Assembly (NCBI RefSeq): GCF_000203815.1 | Contig: NW_004457695.1 | Location: 1,232,054 to 1,296,053, forward strand | DNA length: 64,000 bases | Direction: 5' to 3' | From: Dictyostelium fasciculatum | Taxonomy: Eukaryota | Part shown: positions 48,959-60,571 of the stretch, in pieces | How positions within the stretch are numbered: position 1 is the stretch's first letter | Layout: each line of letters starts with the position of its first letter | Program-made: the position numbers and the translations under genes | Notes under the pieces: model-generated | The model's input: the letters and a program-made list of their open reading frames with translations, nothing else | Database searches by the model: none | Told to the model about the DNA's origin: nothing

Positions 48959-50098
48959 CTATAGTATGGAGGTATAGTATCGATACATATTAAAATAAAT
49001 ATCATCTATGAAATGGTAATTACGAAGGAATAAATAGAATAAACCTCCATAAAGGGCACCACCAAGATGAGCAGAATGACCAACTTTATAAGTACGTTGA
49101 TCCCTGTTGTATTCCTTGTAGGCTTCATATGCCAAATACCCAGCAACATATAACCATGCAGATACAGGGACTATACCAAGGAATATAATCGTACCCTTTG
49201 GCCATAGAGTAGCAAATGCTACAATCATACCACTAATAGCACCGGATGCACCTAGTCCATAGGCTATATTACGACGCCATCTATCCCTTTGCACTGCTAT
49301 TTTCTCTAATACAAGATAGACAAGACTTGAAAATACAGCTGCTCCAAAATACAATGACACAAATAATGGTGTTCCAAGAGCATTTATCATTAGTGGTCCA
49401 AAAGCATTCAAAGAATACATATTAGACTTTGAAAGAGAGAGAGTATAAATAAGTATATAGTATCGATGGAAGTATCTCCTTCAATTTTAAACATACGCAT
49501 AAATGACCCAAATCCTTGTGAGAGAACGCAGCAGTAAGCAATGTATATGGTCTTTCTTCTAAGTTTCTAGGCGATAGAGTAAAGTTTTCGAGCATTTCAG
49601 TGGTACCGCTCTTCGATTGTCCTTTGACATTCCATAAAAGGAATACACCAACATTCACTGCAATGATGGCATACACTAATCCTGCTCCACTACTTGATCG
49701 GTATTGTCCACTATATCCACCACTATTGCCACTTTAAAGAGTCTACGTTTTTGTAGTGATGTTGATGATTGTGATGAAGATGAAGATAATAATGAGGAGA
49801 TTGAAGTAGATGAAGAAGAGGAAGATAAAAGAGTTGATTTATTCAAACCTGAAAAGATTAGTCGTTTATCCTTTCTCGTTAACCATGATGTTGTTGGTGT
49901 TGATGATGATGGCAATTGATGACTATTATAAACACTATTACTATTATAAAGGTTATGGTTCCCAACAACATCAACAACATTAACACCTTGTTGCTTAACA
50001 ATTGGGTTTGAAATGATCGATGAGATTGGTTTGAAACCAACAAATTTGTTAAGAGTATTCATATTAATACTACTCTTTACTATTCTGAATACATTCAT
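48959..50098 (-). CDS. PARL/Pcp1-type mitochondrial rhomboid protease, copy 1. Exons: complement(join(48959..49426,49497..50098)), with a reading-frame break in the N-terminal presequence/linker region near 49731.
   Basis: Exon 2 carries the rhomboid catalytic Ser (GLGASGAISGMIVAF) and His (HSAHLGGALYGGLFY). The intron is 70 nt (GTATGT donor). Exon 1 reads MNVFRIVKSSINMNTLNKF...LQKRRLFK in one frame and then ...GNSGGYSGQYRSSSGAGLVYAIIAVNVGVFLLWNVKG...DLGHLC in another. The length of exon 1 (602 nt) is not a multiple of 3. Confidence 0.6.
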
Positions 50099-50486
50099 CC
50101 TCTCTCTCTCTCTCTCTCTCTCTCTAATTTAAATCGATCGATATGATATACACTGCATAATCATTCTTCTTTGTGTATTTTGTTGTTGTTTTGTACAACA
50201 ATGAGGATTTGAACTGAAACCTCATAAATTTTTGGCTTAACTTCAAAGCACAATAACAATTTCATCTCCCTTATTATTGATGCATTTATTGAAGGCATGG
50301 TTGATATGGCATGTGCACATCTATCTGCATTGGAAACTAAAAGGATGGGACAGTCCAATATTAGACATTATTTTAAAATAAGAGTTTATTAAAAGTATAA
50401 TCAACCAATCTATTATATATTAATTTATTTGATAATATAGATTGGTATATACCTATATAATATTATATAGGATAGTATCTATTATA

Positions 50487-51595
50487 TTATAATAATTTTT
50501 TACGAAGGAATAAATAGAATAAACCTCCATAAAGGGCACCACCAAGATGAGCAGAATGAGCGACTTTGGAGGTATGTTGATTTTTATAGTATTCCTTGTA
50601 GGCGTCATAAGCCAAATACCCTCCAACAAGTAACCATGCTGGTGCAGGGACTATACCATAGATCATAAATGTAGCCTTTGGCCATAGGGCTGCAAATGTT
50701 ACCATGACACCACTAATAGCACCAGATGCACCTAATCCATAGGTTGGACGATGCCATCTATCCTTTTCCATTGCTCTTTTCTCCAAACCAACATAGACAA
50801 GACTTGAAAATGCAGCTGCTCCAAAATACAATGATACAAACAATGGTGTTCCAATAGCCATTATCATTTGTGGTCCAATAAAATATAATGATAACATATT
50901 TACCTAAACCAAAAAAAGTAATATGAGTAAGTACAAGTCAAGTCAAGGTGTATATAGGTGATTATTTAAGTTTGACATACGAATAAATGACCCAAATCCT
51001 TATGAGAAAATGCAGCAGTCAGTAATGTATATGGTCTTTCTTCAAAGTTTCTAGGTGATAGAGTAAACTTTTGGTACATTTCAGTGATACCGCTCCTAGA
51101 TTGTTCATTGAGACCCCATAAAAGGAATACACCAACATTGACTGCCATGATGACATACACTAGTCCTGCTCCACTACTTGAGCTGTATTGACTGTATCCA
51201 CTATTACCGCTACCACCACTTTGATTAAAGAATCTACGTTTTTGTATTGATGTTGTTGATGATTGTGATGAAGAAGATAATAATGATGAGATTGAAGTAT
51301 ATGAAGAAGAGGTAGATAATGTCGTTGTAGTTGATGATTTATTTAAACCCGAAAAGATTAGTCGTTTATCCTTTCTCGTTAGTCGATTGTACCATGATGT
51401 TGTTGGTGTTGATGTTGATGTTGATGGCAATTGATGACTATAAACACTATTACTATTATAAAGGTTATGGCTACCAAACTGAGACTGCTGCTGCTTAGCA
51501 CTGATCGATGAGATGATTGGTTTGAAATCCAATTTGTTGAGAGTAGTATTCATATTGATACTACTCTTTACTATTCTGCTGAATACATTATTCAT
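50487..51595 (-). CDS. PARL/Pcp1-type mitochondrial rhomboid protease, copy 2 (intact). Exons: complement(join(50487..50903,50981..51595)).
   Basis: Exon 1 reads MNNVFSRIVKSSINMNTTLNKL... (presequence)...SGAGLVYVIMAVNVGVFLLWGLNEQ...AAFSHKDLGHLF|, then GTATGT. After a 77-nt intron, exon 2 reads VNMLSLYFIGPQMIMAIGTPLFVSLYFGAAAFSSLVYVGLEK...GLGASGAISGVMVTF...HSAHLGGALYGGLFYLFLRKKLL. It is about 75% identical to copy 1, in tandem and in the same orientation. Confidence 0.8.
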
Positions 51596-51797
51596 TCTGA
51601 ATGTAATATGTTGAAATAAATAATCAATGATTCAACTCATTCTACTCTGTGTTAGTTTTGATCAATGACTGGAATGAAACATCACCATTTTTCATCTTTG
51701 CGTGAGTTCATGTAATAATAAAGATAATAATAATAAAGAAGAATAAATTCTATAAGTAAATCTATTTATTTATTAATTATTTATTTATTATTTAACA

Positions 51798-53505
51798 TTA
51801 TTTCTTTTGAAAATGTTTATAATAACAACCAACACAAACATCATAGTTGTTTGGAGAATGATAAAAGGTGATTTCAGTGGCACCGTATCTAGAACGACAT
51901 ACATCACAAATCCATTCACTGTGTTCATAGACTTCGAATGGACTGTTGACCTTGTGTAGTGGTTGTCCGTGTGATGGAACATTGATGGTGACTGGAAGAT
52001 CCTTGGTAGCATTGTAGGTCGAAATGGTTGGAGCAGTGGTAGTGACAGTATTGGCTGTCGACGATGATGGTGCTCTGAAAAAATTGCCAAATAGGCTTGT
52101 GGTTGGAGCAGTGGTAGGAGCTGGCTTTGGTGGTGGTGGTGGTGCAACAACAGCTGGTTGTTTGGTAGCAAACATTGAAGTGAATAATCCTGTCTTGTTA
52201 TTGTTATTGATTGGTTCCTTGTTATAACATTTGCTACAAATATCAAAATTGGCTAAGATTAATTAATTAATTAATTAGTAATTTGCTCGGTCATCTGTAA
52301 TATATTATTATATTATACATACCACATATAGTACAATGATAAACGACACCCTTTACGTTTGACAAACATTTATCACATCTGGCTTCTGGTCCACCATATA
52401 AATCAACACAGGCCATTGCGTACAATGGGTGTGCATGAAGTGATGGAATGTTGTGTGGTTCCAATGGAAGCATAATTGGATTGGTCTTTGTACCACTCTT
52501 TTCGATACATGAACGACATAGATCGAAATTACCACATGAAGAACAATGGAATTGTTCACTAGTTCCGTAACCCTTTGAACAATAATCACAAAGCCATGTT
52601 GGAACACCCTTGTTTGATTGATAAATGTCCAATGGATTGACTTTGGTCAATACGTGAGGGTGTGGACGAGCAGCTCCCAGATTGGCAACAGGTTGTTGTG
52701 GCTGTGGCAATCTAACGTTGGGTGGGGAGATGGGAGGAGTACCCAATATTTGAGAAACACCTTGATTCAACTTGGCAATGGTATCCTTGGCAGTATTCAA
52801 TTCTCTTTGAATCGAGTTGTTTAAAGAATTGAATGGATTGATTATATTGTTGTTGTTTTGTTGTTGGTTAGTAGTAGTAAATGGAGATTGGGATGAAGTG
52901 GAAGGTATATTATTTTGATGAATAGTAAAACTATTACCATTAATAGTTTGTTGTTGTGGAACCATAAATTGAGTTCGGACGACTGTTGGATTATTATTAA
53001 TATGAGTATTCTTTAATAAATCACTAATATCAACAACATCTTTGTTACTACTACTATTATTATTATTTGTTGTTGTTGTTGTTGGAATAGTGAGTGGTGG
53101 TGGTGGAGCAAAGACTGATGGTTGTTGTTGTTGTTGTTGGCTGACTACTGGTGGTGTTGTACTCGTAGTACTGCTGCTACTATTGTCAACAGTTGACTTT
53201 CTATCTATAATTGGTGTAGTTGGTTTGGAAGATGAAATGACAGAGGAATCATTTCCAATTTGTGATTTATTCAGCTTGATGAGTAGCTTGGTGAGAGTAG
53301 GGTCGTATCGGAGGTCTTTGGCTGAACACACCTCTCTACACATCGGACAGTTCTTGCCCTTTTGCTCGAGCCATCCAATCACACACGACTTGTGAAAGCA
53401 ATGAGAACAAGGCAAACGATGAGGTTTAGTATCGATATCATCCTCTACCACTTCAAACACCTGCATACATATACAGCATGACAAATCATCATCGTCATCA
53501 TCCAT
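51798..53505 (-). CDS. RING-H2 finger plus three ZZ-type zinc fingers E3 ubiquitin ligase-like protein. Exons: complement(join(51798..52252,52323..53505)).
   Basis: The N-terminal RING-H2 is CCICMQVFEVVEDDIDTKPHRLPCSHCFHKSCVIGWLEQKGKNCPMC. The ZZ fingers are WLCDYCSKGYGTSEQFHCSSCGNFDLCRSC, ARCDKCLSNVKGVVYHCTICG|ANFDICSKCY (split by the 70-nt intron, GTATGT donor, aatcttag acceptor) and WICDVCRSRYGATEITFYHSPNNYDVCVGCY. Confidence 0.75.
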
Positions 53506-53858
53506 CTTTTTGTTTAAAAAGAAGAAGAAGAAGAGATGCTATGTATGAATGTGTGAGAGTGAGTTATAACTCTATAAATATATATAAATATATATAAATA
53601 TTATCTAATATTTGTTGTGTAACTTGAATAAATGATTGTCGAATTTTCTACTCTCTGCGACAACCTCACAGTATTGAAGTTTTGAACCCAAAATTCAAGG
53701 TTTGAATAAAATAAAACTTTTTTTTAATTTATTTGGAAATAACAAATTGAGCTCAATAATATACCCTTCATGAACATTCATATTATAATCAATAGTTTAT
53801 ACATTTCGTTCTTTTATATTACTACATATGTGATTATACAAACAACAAATAGAGAAAG
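53506..53858. promoter_or_regulatory. Approximately 350-bp bidirectional intergenic region between the RING/ZZ E3 ligase gene (minus) and USP48 (plus).
   Basis: The start codons are at 53505 (minus) and 53859 (plus). The region is AT-rich. It is a head-to-head arrangement of a ubiquitin ligase and a deubiquitinase. Confidence 0.35.
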
Positions 53859-56800
53859 ATGAATAAAAGAAAGAATAGAGAGACCGATGAAAGGTTAATA
53901 TCATTTGGTATTGGAGATGATTCATCGTCGTCATCATCAATGTTAGAGTCATTAAAGAATGAGACTATTGATACATCATTAGAAGACTTTAAACAACTAC
54001 TTGATCTAACATACAATGTAACAAAGGAATGCGAAAAGAGTATGATGAATGAATGAACTTGCAAACTTAACCATGTATTAGTTATTTGATCAAAACTAAC
54101 AATCAATCAATCAATCAACCAACTTGTCTTTACATTTGTATAGGGAGACCAATCAATAATTGTAAAGATAATCCAAACTGTTTCCATCATTTGGGTGGAT
54201 TAAAGTTACTTGGTTGTGGTGAAGATGATATTGACTTGTTTGGTGAAAAGACAGAGGAAGAGGAGAAAACCTATGTTCAAACTAGCATTTTAAAACTACC
54301 CAAAGTCGATGTGATTAGACATACAAAAAGACCAACCCTCAATACTCCTTGTGGTATTCGAAACCTTGGAGCTACTTGTTATATGAATAGTGTCATTCAA
54401 ACTTTATTCATGAACTCTCAATTTAAAAGTCATTTATTTAATATTGTAAATATTCAAAATCAACAAGTAAAAGACTTTGAAAAAGATGTAAAAGATGAAA
54501 AGGATTGTAATAATAATAATGGTGATAATAGTAACAATAACAATAATAATAGTAATGATATTAGTAATAATAATGATTTGACATCTACAACCTCGACGAC
54601 AGAAATTGTACCTATAAATGATGAAGATAATTCAGCTACTTCAACAGTTAATAATTCACCATCAAACTGTACAGTTGTAAAGGATCTTAAAGATTGCGAT
54701 ATGATAGAGATCAAATCATCACCATTCCAAAAAGATGTAGTATTTCAATTGGCATATTTATTCTATCAATTACAATCAAGTCAAAAAAGTACAATTGATC
54801 CAACTCCTCTTGTAAATTGTCTTCAACTTCCAAGTGATTTACAACAAGATACTCAAGAGTATGTAATGAATTTGAATCAAATTCATCAATATTTATTAAT
54901 ATATATATTTTTTTTGTTTAGATTTTATAATTTATTTATTGGTCTTTTAGAATCAAAATTTAAAGATGATATTATTTCAAAATTATTTAAAGGATCTTAC
55001 GATTATGTTACAGAATGTTTATATTGTAAAAAGCGCAGTTTAAATAATAGTTCATTTTTTGAAATCACTTTAAAAACAAATGTAATTATAAATAATATAT
55101 ATATATAAATATATACAAGTATTAATTGATTTTTTATTTATTTTTAAGGGATGTAAAAATTTTAATGAATCATTTACAGATTATTTGGCAAAAGAGAAAT
55201 TAATTGGACAGAATCAAATTACATGTAATGAATGTCAAACGAAAAGAGATTGTCAAAGATCAATTGAATTTAAAAAGTTTCCAACTCATCTCAACATTCA
55301 ATTGATGAGATATGAATTTGACAAGGATACATTCCAGAAAAAGAAATTACACGGCAATTACACCTTTCCTTTGGAAATTGACTTGTCTCAATATTTTAAC
55401 AACAACAACAACAAGGAAAAGTCCTCCACCGCTATGGATTTGGATCATGAATATGAATTAACTGCTATCATGATGCATAAAGGTTTATCAATTTCAAGTG
55501 GTCATTATATTACTCATGTTAAAAATGATTTGTGAGAGAACCAAAAAAAAAGAAAAAAAAAGAAAAAAAAAAAGAAATATTTATTTAATTTATTTTTTTC
55601 TTTTTCTTTTTTTTTAGAACTGGAGAATGGTGGGAATTTGATGATGAAGATGTAAAGAAATTATCTGTAGAAAAGATTGGTAAAGATAGTTTAGGAGAAA
55701 AGAGAAAACCAAAAGAGATTAGAGAAGGATTGGTGTCATCAACCAGTTCCTATTCAATTATTTATTCAAAAAAGAATCGAGACAAGGTTGCTATACCAAA
55801 GATTGAAAATTCACATCTCAAACAATTGTTTGAAGACAATGAAAAGAGATTCGATCAAGTTTCTACTCGTTTCACAGGCATTATAGATGATGCCACAAAG
55901 ATATTTAACCAAAGAAAGGAAGATATCAATGCGATTCACAACAAACTCGAGGTGCAAGAAGGAGAAAAGTATTATTGGATCGATACAGATTGGCTTTCAG
56001 ATTGGATAAAGGGTCAAAGTGTTGCACCGATTGACAATTCTAAATTATTGTGTCAGCATGGACAATTGGCACCAAACAAGGTAGAGACGATGAAAAGAAT
56101 TTCTCAAGTTACATGGGACTTTTTATATGCAGCTCATCAAGGTGGTCCTGTCCTCGATCAAGATGCACATTGTCAAAAATGTCTCTACCAGATTATTAGT
56201 GGTAAAAAGGATCATCACAATGCAGAATCTTCAAAAGATCAAATTATAAAATCAGAGAATCAAGAAAAGAATCGTCAAGAAGGTTACTATATCTCCAAGC
56301 ATTGGTACAAAGAATGGTCAAAAAAGGTTGTCAAGCAAATTGTCAAAGACTCAACTCCAGTTGAAGATATTATATGTGATCATGGAGGTTTATCAATCGT
56401 CAAAGAAGACATGATGATTGTCAAAACTGAAACTTGGAGTTTTATTCAAACTCATTTTGCTCCAAAAGCAGAATCTATTGCTTCCTCTACGACTCCATGT
56501 CAAACTTGTTTAAAATTGGATAAAGAATCAACTGATCAAACAAATTCAATTAAAAAAGAAAGATCTAAATTGTAATTATATATAATTATAAATTATATTA
56601 TATATATTTGTTCTAATTAATTTTCTATTTTTTTAGGAAAACATTAATAACATTAATTAAATCACAAAAATATAATTTTAATTTAAAGAATGGATCATTT
56701 TATTTTGTACCAAAGGAATGGATAAATAGATGGTACAAGTTTATCTATTCAGACAAATCAAAAGATGAAAATGATGTAACACCTCCTGGATCATTAAGCT

Positions 56801-57478
56801 TTGATAGTTTAATATGTCCACATAATGGTTTGGTTTATGATTTTGAAATTGGTAATTTTGTAAACACATTTGATCTCAAAGACATGTCTGTTCCATTTTT
56901 GGTTGTGCCACAAACCATTTACAACTTGATTCTAGAGGCTTATCAAGTGCTAACCGTATCCATTCATTTGGATGATGGTGAACTCTCATTTGAACCATGT
57001 CAACAATGTCATATTGCCAAGAATCAACAATTGGAATTTGATAAAACAAATTTCAAGGATCAATCAATCTATATTCATATAATCTCTTCAGATGATAATG
57101 AAAAAGATTCAAAATATTATATTTTCCCAACAAAAACTAGAAGATGTAAGAAAACTAAAAAAACAAAAAGTAATAATCATTTATATTTATTTTTAATTAT
57201 TTATTTTAGTATATAAAAGAATTCAAATTTGGCCAGTTAATCATGATTATACAGTTGGAAATTTAAAGTTATTGATATGTACAGAAACTGAAATACCTAC
57301 ATTCCAACAAAAACTTTATATCAATGAAGGTGTTATGATGAAAGATGCCAAAACTCTTGATCAGTATAAAGTAGTACCAGATCAAATCATAGTTTTAAAG
57401 GAATATCAAGAATTGGATGGATTTTTTGATGATGGAGTGTCAGAAGCTGGTTTTAAAGGAACTATTTTAAATCAATAA
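53859..57478 (+). CDS. USP48: USP48-like ubiquitin carboxyl-terminal hydrolase (USP catalytic domain, DUSP domains and a C-terminal ubiquitin-like domain). Exons: join(53859..54039,54144..54858,54922..55081,55149..55531,55618..56571,56637..57169,57210..57478).
   Basis: The exon 1/2 junction gives ...TKECEK|RRPINNCKDNPNCFHHLGG (compare human USP48 ...GVCRRNCKGNPNCLVGIG). The Cys box is GIRNLGATCYMNSVIQTLF. QQDTQE|FYNLFIGLLE spans intron 2 (QQDAQEF in human). The His box SGHYITHVKND|LTGEWWEFDDEDV spans intron 4. A DUSP motif is KYYWIDTDWLSDWIKGQ. The C-terminal UBL is ...LLICTETEIPTFQQKLYINEGVMMKDAKTLDQYKVVPDQIIVLKEY...EAGFKGTILNQ (human ...EEGFKGTGLLGH). All six introns are 63-104 nt and phase-consistent. 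Confidence 0.8.
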
Positions 57479-57583
57479 CAAAAAAAAAAGAAATGTAATC
57501 AATGGTTTGGATGGTAACAAATAAATTATTTACAATTTGTATATTTGGTTTGTTTATTATATAAATATATATATTTTAATATT

Positions 57584-58748
57584 TTAATTAAATAATACTA
57601 TTAATAATATTGAAATGGTTAATGATATATAGGTTGAAGGAGAGAGTATATGTGCCCAAGATAGACAAGTGAATGATGAATCATTACAATCGGATAAATA
57701 ATCATCATATTGGCTACTACATTTAACAGAACGACAAGATTGGTAATTGAGTGCATTATCGACCAGTGGACATTGATTCTTCCACATACATGCAAAATAG
57801 GCAAGGGTTGATGTTTGACATGTATCTGAAATGACAGCAATTCGTTGACAACTACCCATAGTGTCTCCTTTGGATTCGCACATACATCCTTCTACATATC
57901 CATCTCCTCCAAAACATGTACTTGATGAATTACAACTAACAGCTGAATCAGAATCCGGTTCAGTATAATTTACACAAAATCCTCCTTTACACTAAATTAA
58001 ATAGTAAATATTAATTAATATTTTATCCTTGCTTTTGTTTGTTTTTTTTTTTTTTTAATACATACACCTAAACCATCACCGATTTTACATGCTTGAGGAT
58101 GAGTACATGGAGAACCAATTCCAACAGAATACATTCCAATACAGGTATTATCTCCACAAACTTGACCAGGTTGACATCCATTGTCTGATGTGCAATTGCC
58201 CCCCTTGGCTGATTTCTCTGTGCAAATACCAAGATCACAAAATTGATTGTATTGACATTGCAAATCTGTAGTACAAGTGGTATTGAATAACTCACAGAAT
58301 CCAGTTGCAACTGAACAAATTAAACCTCTTGCACAATCATCTGTTTTTCTACAAATCTCTCCTGCTCTAAAAAATTTAAAAAGAATATTATAAATTAGAA
58401 TAATTGGTCAAGTATAATGTAGTTATTTTATATTTCTAGTTACCCTTTAAAGTAAGTACTGACACACATTTGATCAGTATAATCTCCGGTACTTGAATAG
58501 CATACTAGACCATCTTCACATTGGGCATCTGAAAAACACACAGAAGTCTCTGGGAATTTTGATTCGCAAATTGGCATTGCATAACCATAGTTGCAGTATA
58601 ATCCATCTGTACACTTTTGACCTGGCGTACCACATGATTGTTGGTCTCCTCTACATTGAACAAGACTACAATCACCCAATGCACCTGAAATATTAAAAGT
58701 TACTATTAAATATATAGATATGACTATTATTGATATAGTTGATTTCAT
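57584..58748 (-). CDS. Cysteine-rich secreted protein with tandem Cys-rich modules and a C-terminal hydrophobic GPI-like signal. Exons: complement(join(57584..57991,58066..58366,58444..58748)).
   Basis: Exon 1 has a signal peptide MKSTISIIVISIYLIVTFNISGALG, then CSLVQCRGDQQSCGTPGQKCTDGLYCN.... Exon 2 reads (G)AGEICRKTDDCARGLICS...QCQYNQFCDLGICTE...CQPGQVCGDNTCIG...CTHPQACKIGDGLG (repeating C-x-D/Q-x-C-xxG-xxC modules). Exon 3 ends ...SWAHILSPSTYISLTISILLIVLFN. The introns are 77 and 74 nt. Confidence 0.6.
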
Positions 58749-59560
58749 ATTTTTGATAGGAAATAGGAAATATATATAAATATATTAGAAAAAAAAATAG
58801 ATTATAAATAAATTTAAAAAAAACAACCAGACTTGTTCTTTTATTTATTGATAGGTAGGAGGTGAACACCAACCAAACAGCAATATGGTTATATATAATT
58901 TAGTGGTGCTGATGATGTGATTGATGGATGTGCAATTTTATTCTGTTTATATTAAAATATTTTATAAATCAATCAACCTCCATTTAACCATGGGAGTCAC
59001 TCAATCACACTTCATTGTGTCACCACTACTACACCCCAATTGTTTTTAGTTCGTTGGAACACCCCCTCTCTTGACCAATTCACACCCCCCTATTATATTT
59101 TTTTTAAATCAATGGTTAACATACCACAAAAAAAAAAGTTTATCCATCACCACAGTTCTAAAAGACTGATCGGTTAACATTGTACCAAGGTGTCAAAATC
59201 TTTTTCTTGTTTTTTTTTTTTTTCATTTTGATTTGATTTTTGAAAATTATTGAAATATTGAAAAATTTTGGACCTGAAAAGGTTTTGGAGGGCTCCTACT
59301 CCAAAGTAACGTCCCTTAGATCCTTTAGATTCATTTCGACAATTGATTTTTTTTCAAAAAGACAGTTAGTTGGTGGAACAAAAAATCAATTTATATATTT
59401 GTAAAAAACCTTTGACCATTGTTTAGTTTCGAAACTCTTCTCCCTTTAACTACTATCCATCCAACCAACAAAACCAATACTATTATTATTATCTGTATCA
59501 TTTTTTTTGTAATAACAAATAATTTATATTTTGTACTCTTTTTTTTTTAAAAGTTAAATC

Positions 59561-60479
59561 ATGGTCAAAATAGTAGATGGATCAATTGTTAGGGAAGACA
59601 AGGATGAGAAACCATCCAACATCTCACTCTCTTCAAGTTGTCCTTCAGTAAATAATTTTTATAGTAACCATTTAAACAAAAGTTCATCTAGTATCAATTC
59701 CAACAACAACAACAACAACAATAATAATAATAATAATTCAAGTTCAAATATTTCACAAATTTTAACATCTCAACAACTACAACAACAACAAGAATATAGC
59801 TCAACCTCATCCAGTTCTAGTTTAGAATCAAACACTTCCACTACTACTACTAAGCAAACATCGGCAACTTTAAATTTTTTCTCACAATTGGTAGATAGCA
59901 TGAACTTGACCATCCCAGTATTTGGATGTCAATTAAAGCTCAACTACTTTTCAGGCTTTTGTATTTTCAGCGGCATGGTATTTGGTGCTCACGGTTTACT
60001 TTGTTTACTACTCACCATCTACTTGGGAACTTTATTCAACACAAATAATACATCTTTATGTCAATGTCAAAATTGTCACCAAGTATCGTCACCCCAAACA
60101 AACAACAACGTTGTTGAACAACCACAACAAACACAAACCATTTCAAACAATTCCCCACCAAGCCCAATTTTCAAAGTGAACGGAATGAACGATATTTTAA
60201 AGTCTACCGATGATCAAGATGAAGAAGATTGTACAGACAACTCGAGTTCTTCCTCGTCTCCTAGTAAAGGTTATCATTTGTTCAACTCTCCAACTTTAAG
60301 AAATTCTGCAAATTCCATTAATGTTTTTGTAAGTACAAAAAACAAACAAGAATAATGGAAAATTTGAATCTCTTAAATTAACAATTATTATTATTTTCAA
60401 TTTCTATCTCGATTTACTTTAGTCACCAAACTCGGGTAGAAGATTAGGATCATCAATTGATAATTCAAAATCCTTATAA
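59561..60479 (+). CDS. Hypothetical S/N/Q-rich protein with one predicted TM segment. Possible structure: join(59561..60328,60423..60479).
   Basis: The 264-aa ORF has the hydrophobic segment FSGFCIFSGMVFGAHGLLCLLLTIYLGTLF. A canonical TTT|GTAAGT donor at 60329 and a tttactttag acceptor at 60422 would replace the last 9 codons of the read-through ORF with SPNSGRRLGSSIDNSKSL-stop. Confidence 0.45.
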
Positions 60480-60571
60480 TAATAATATTAGAAAATAAAA
60501 AATAAAACGATCGATTGATTTATTTTTTAAATTGTATATATGTATTTAATTTATTTGTTTTGAGTTTTAGA

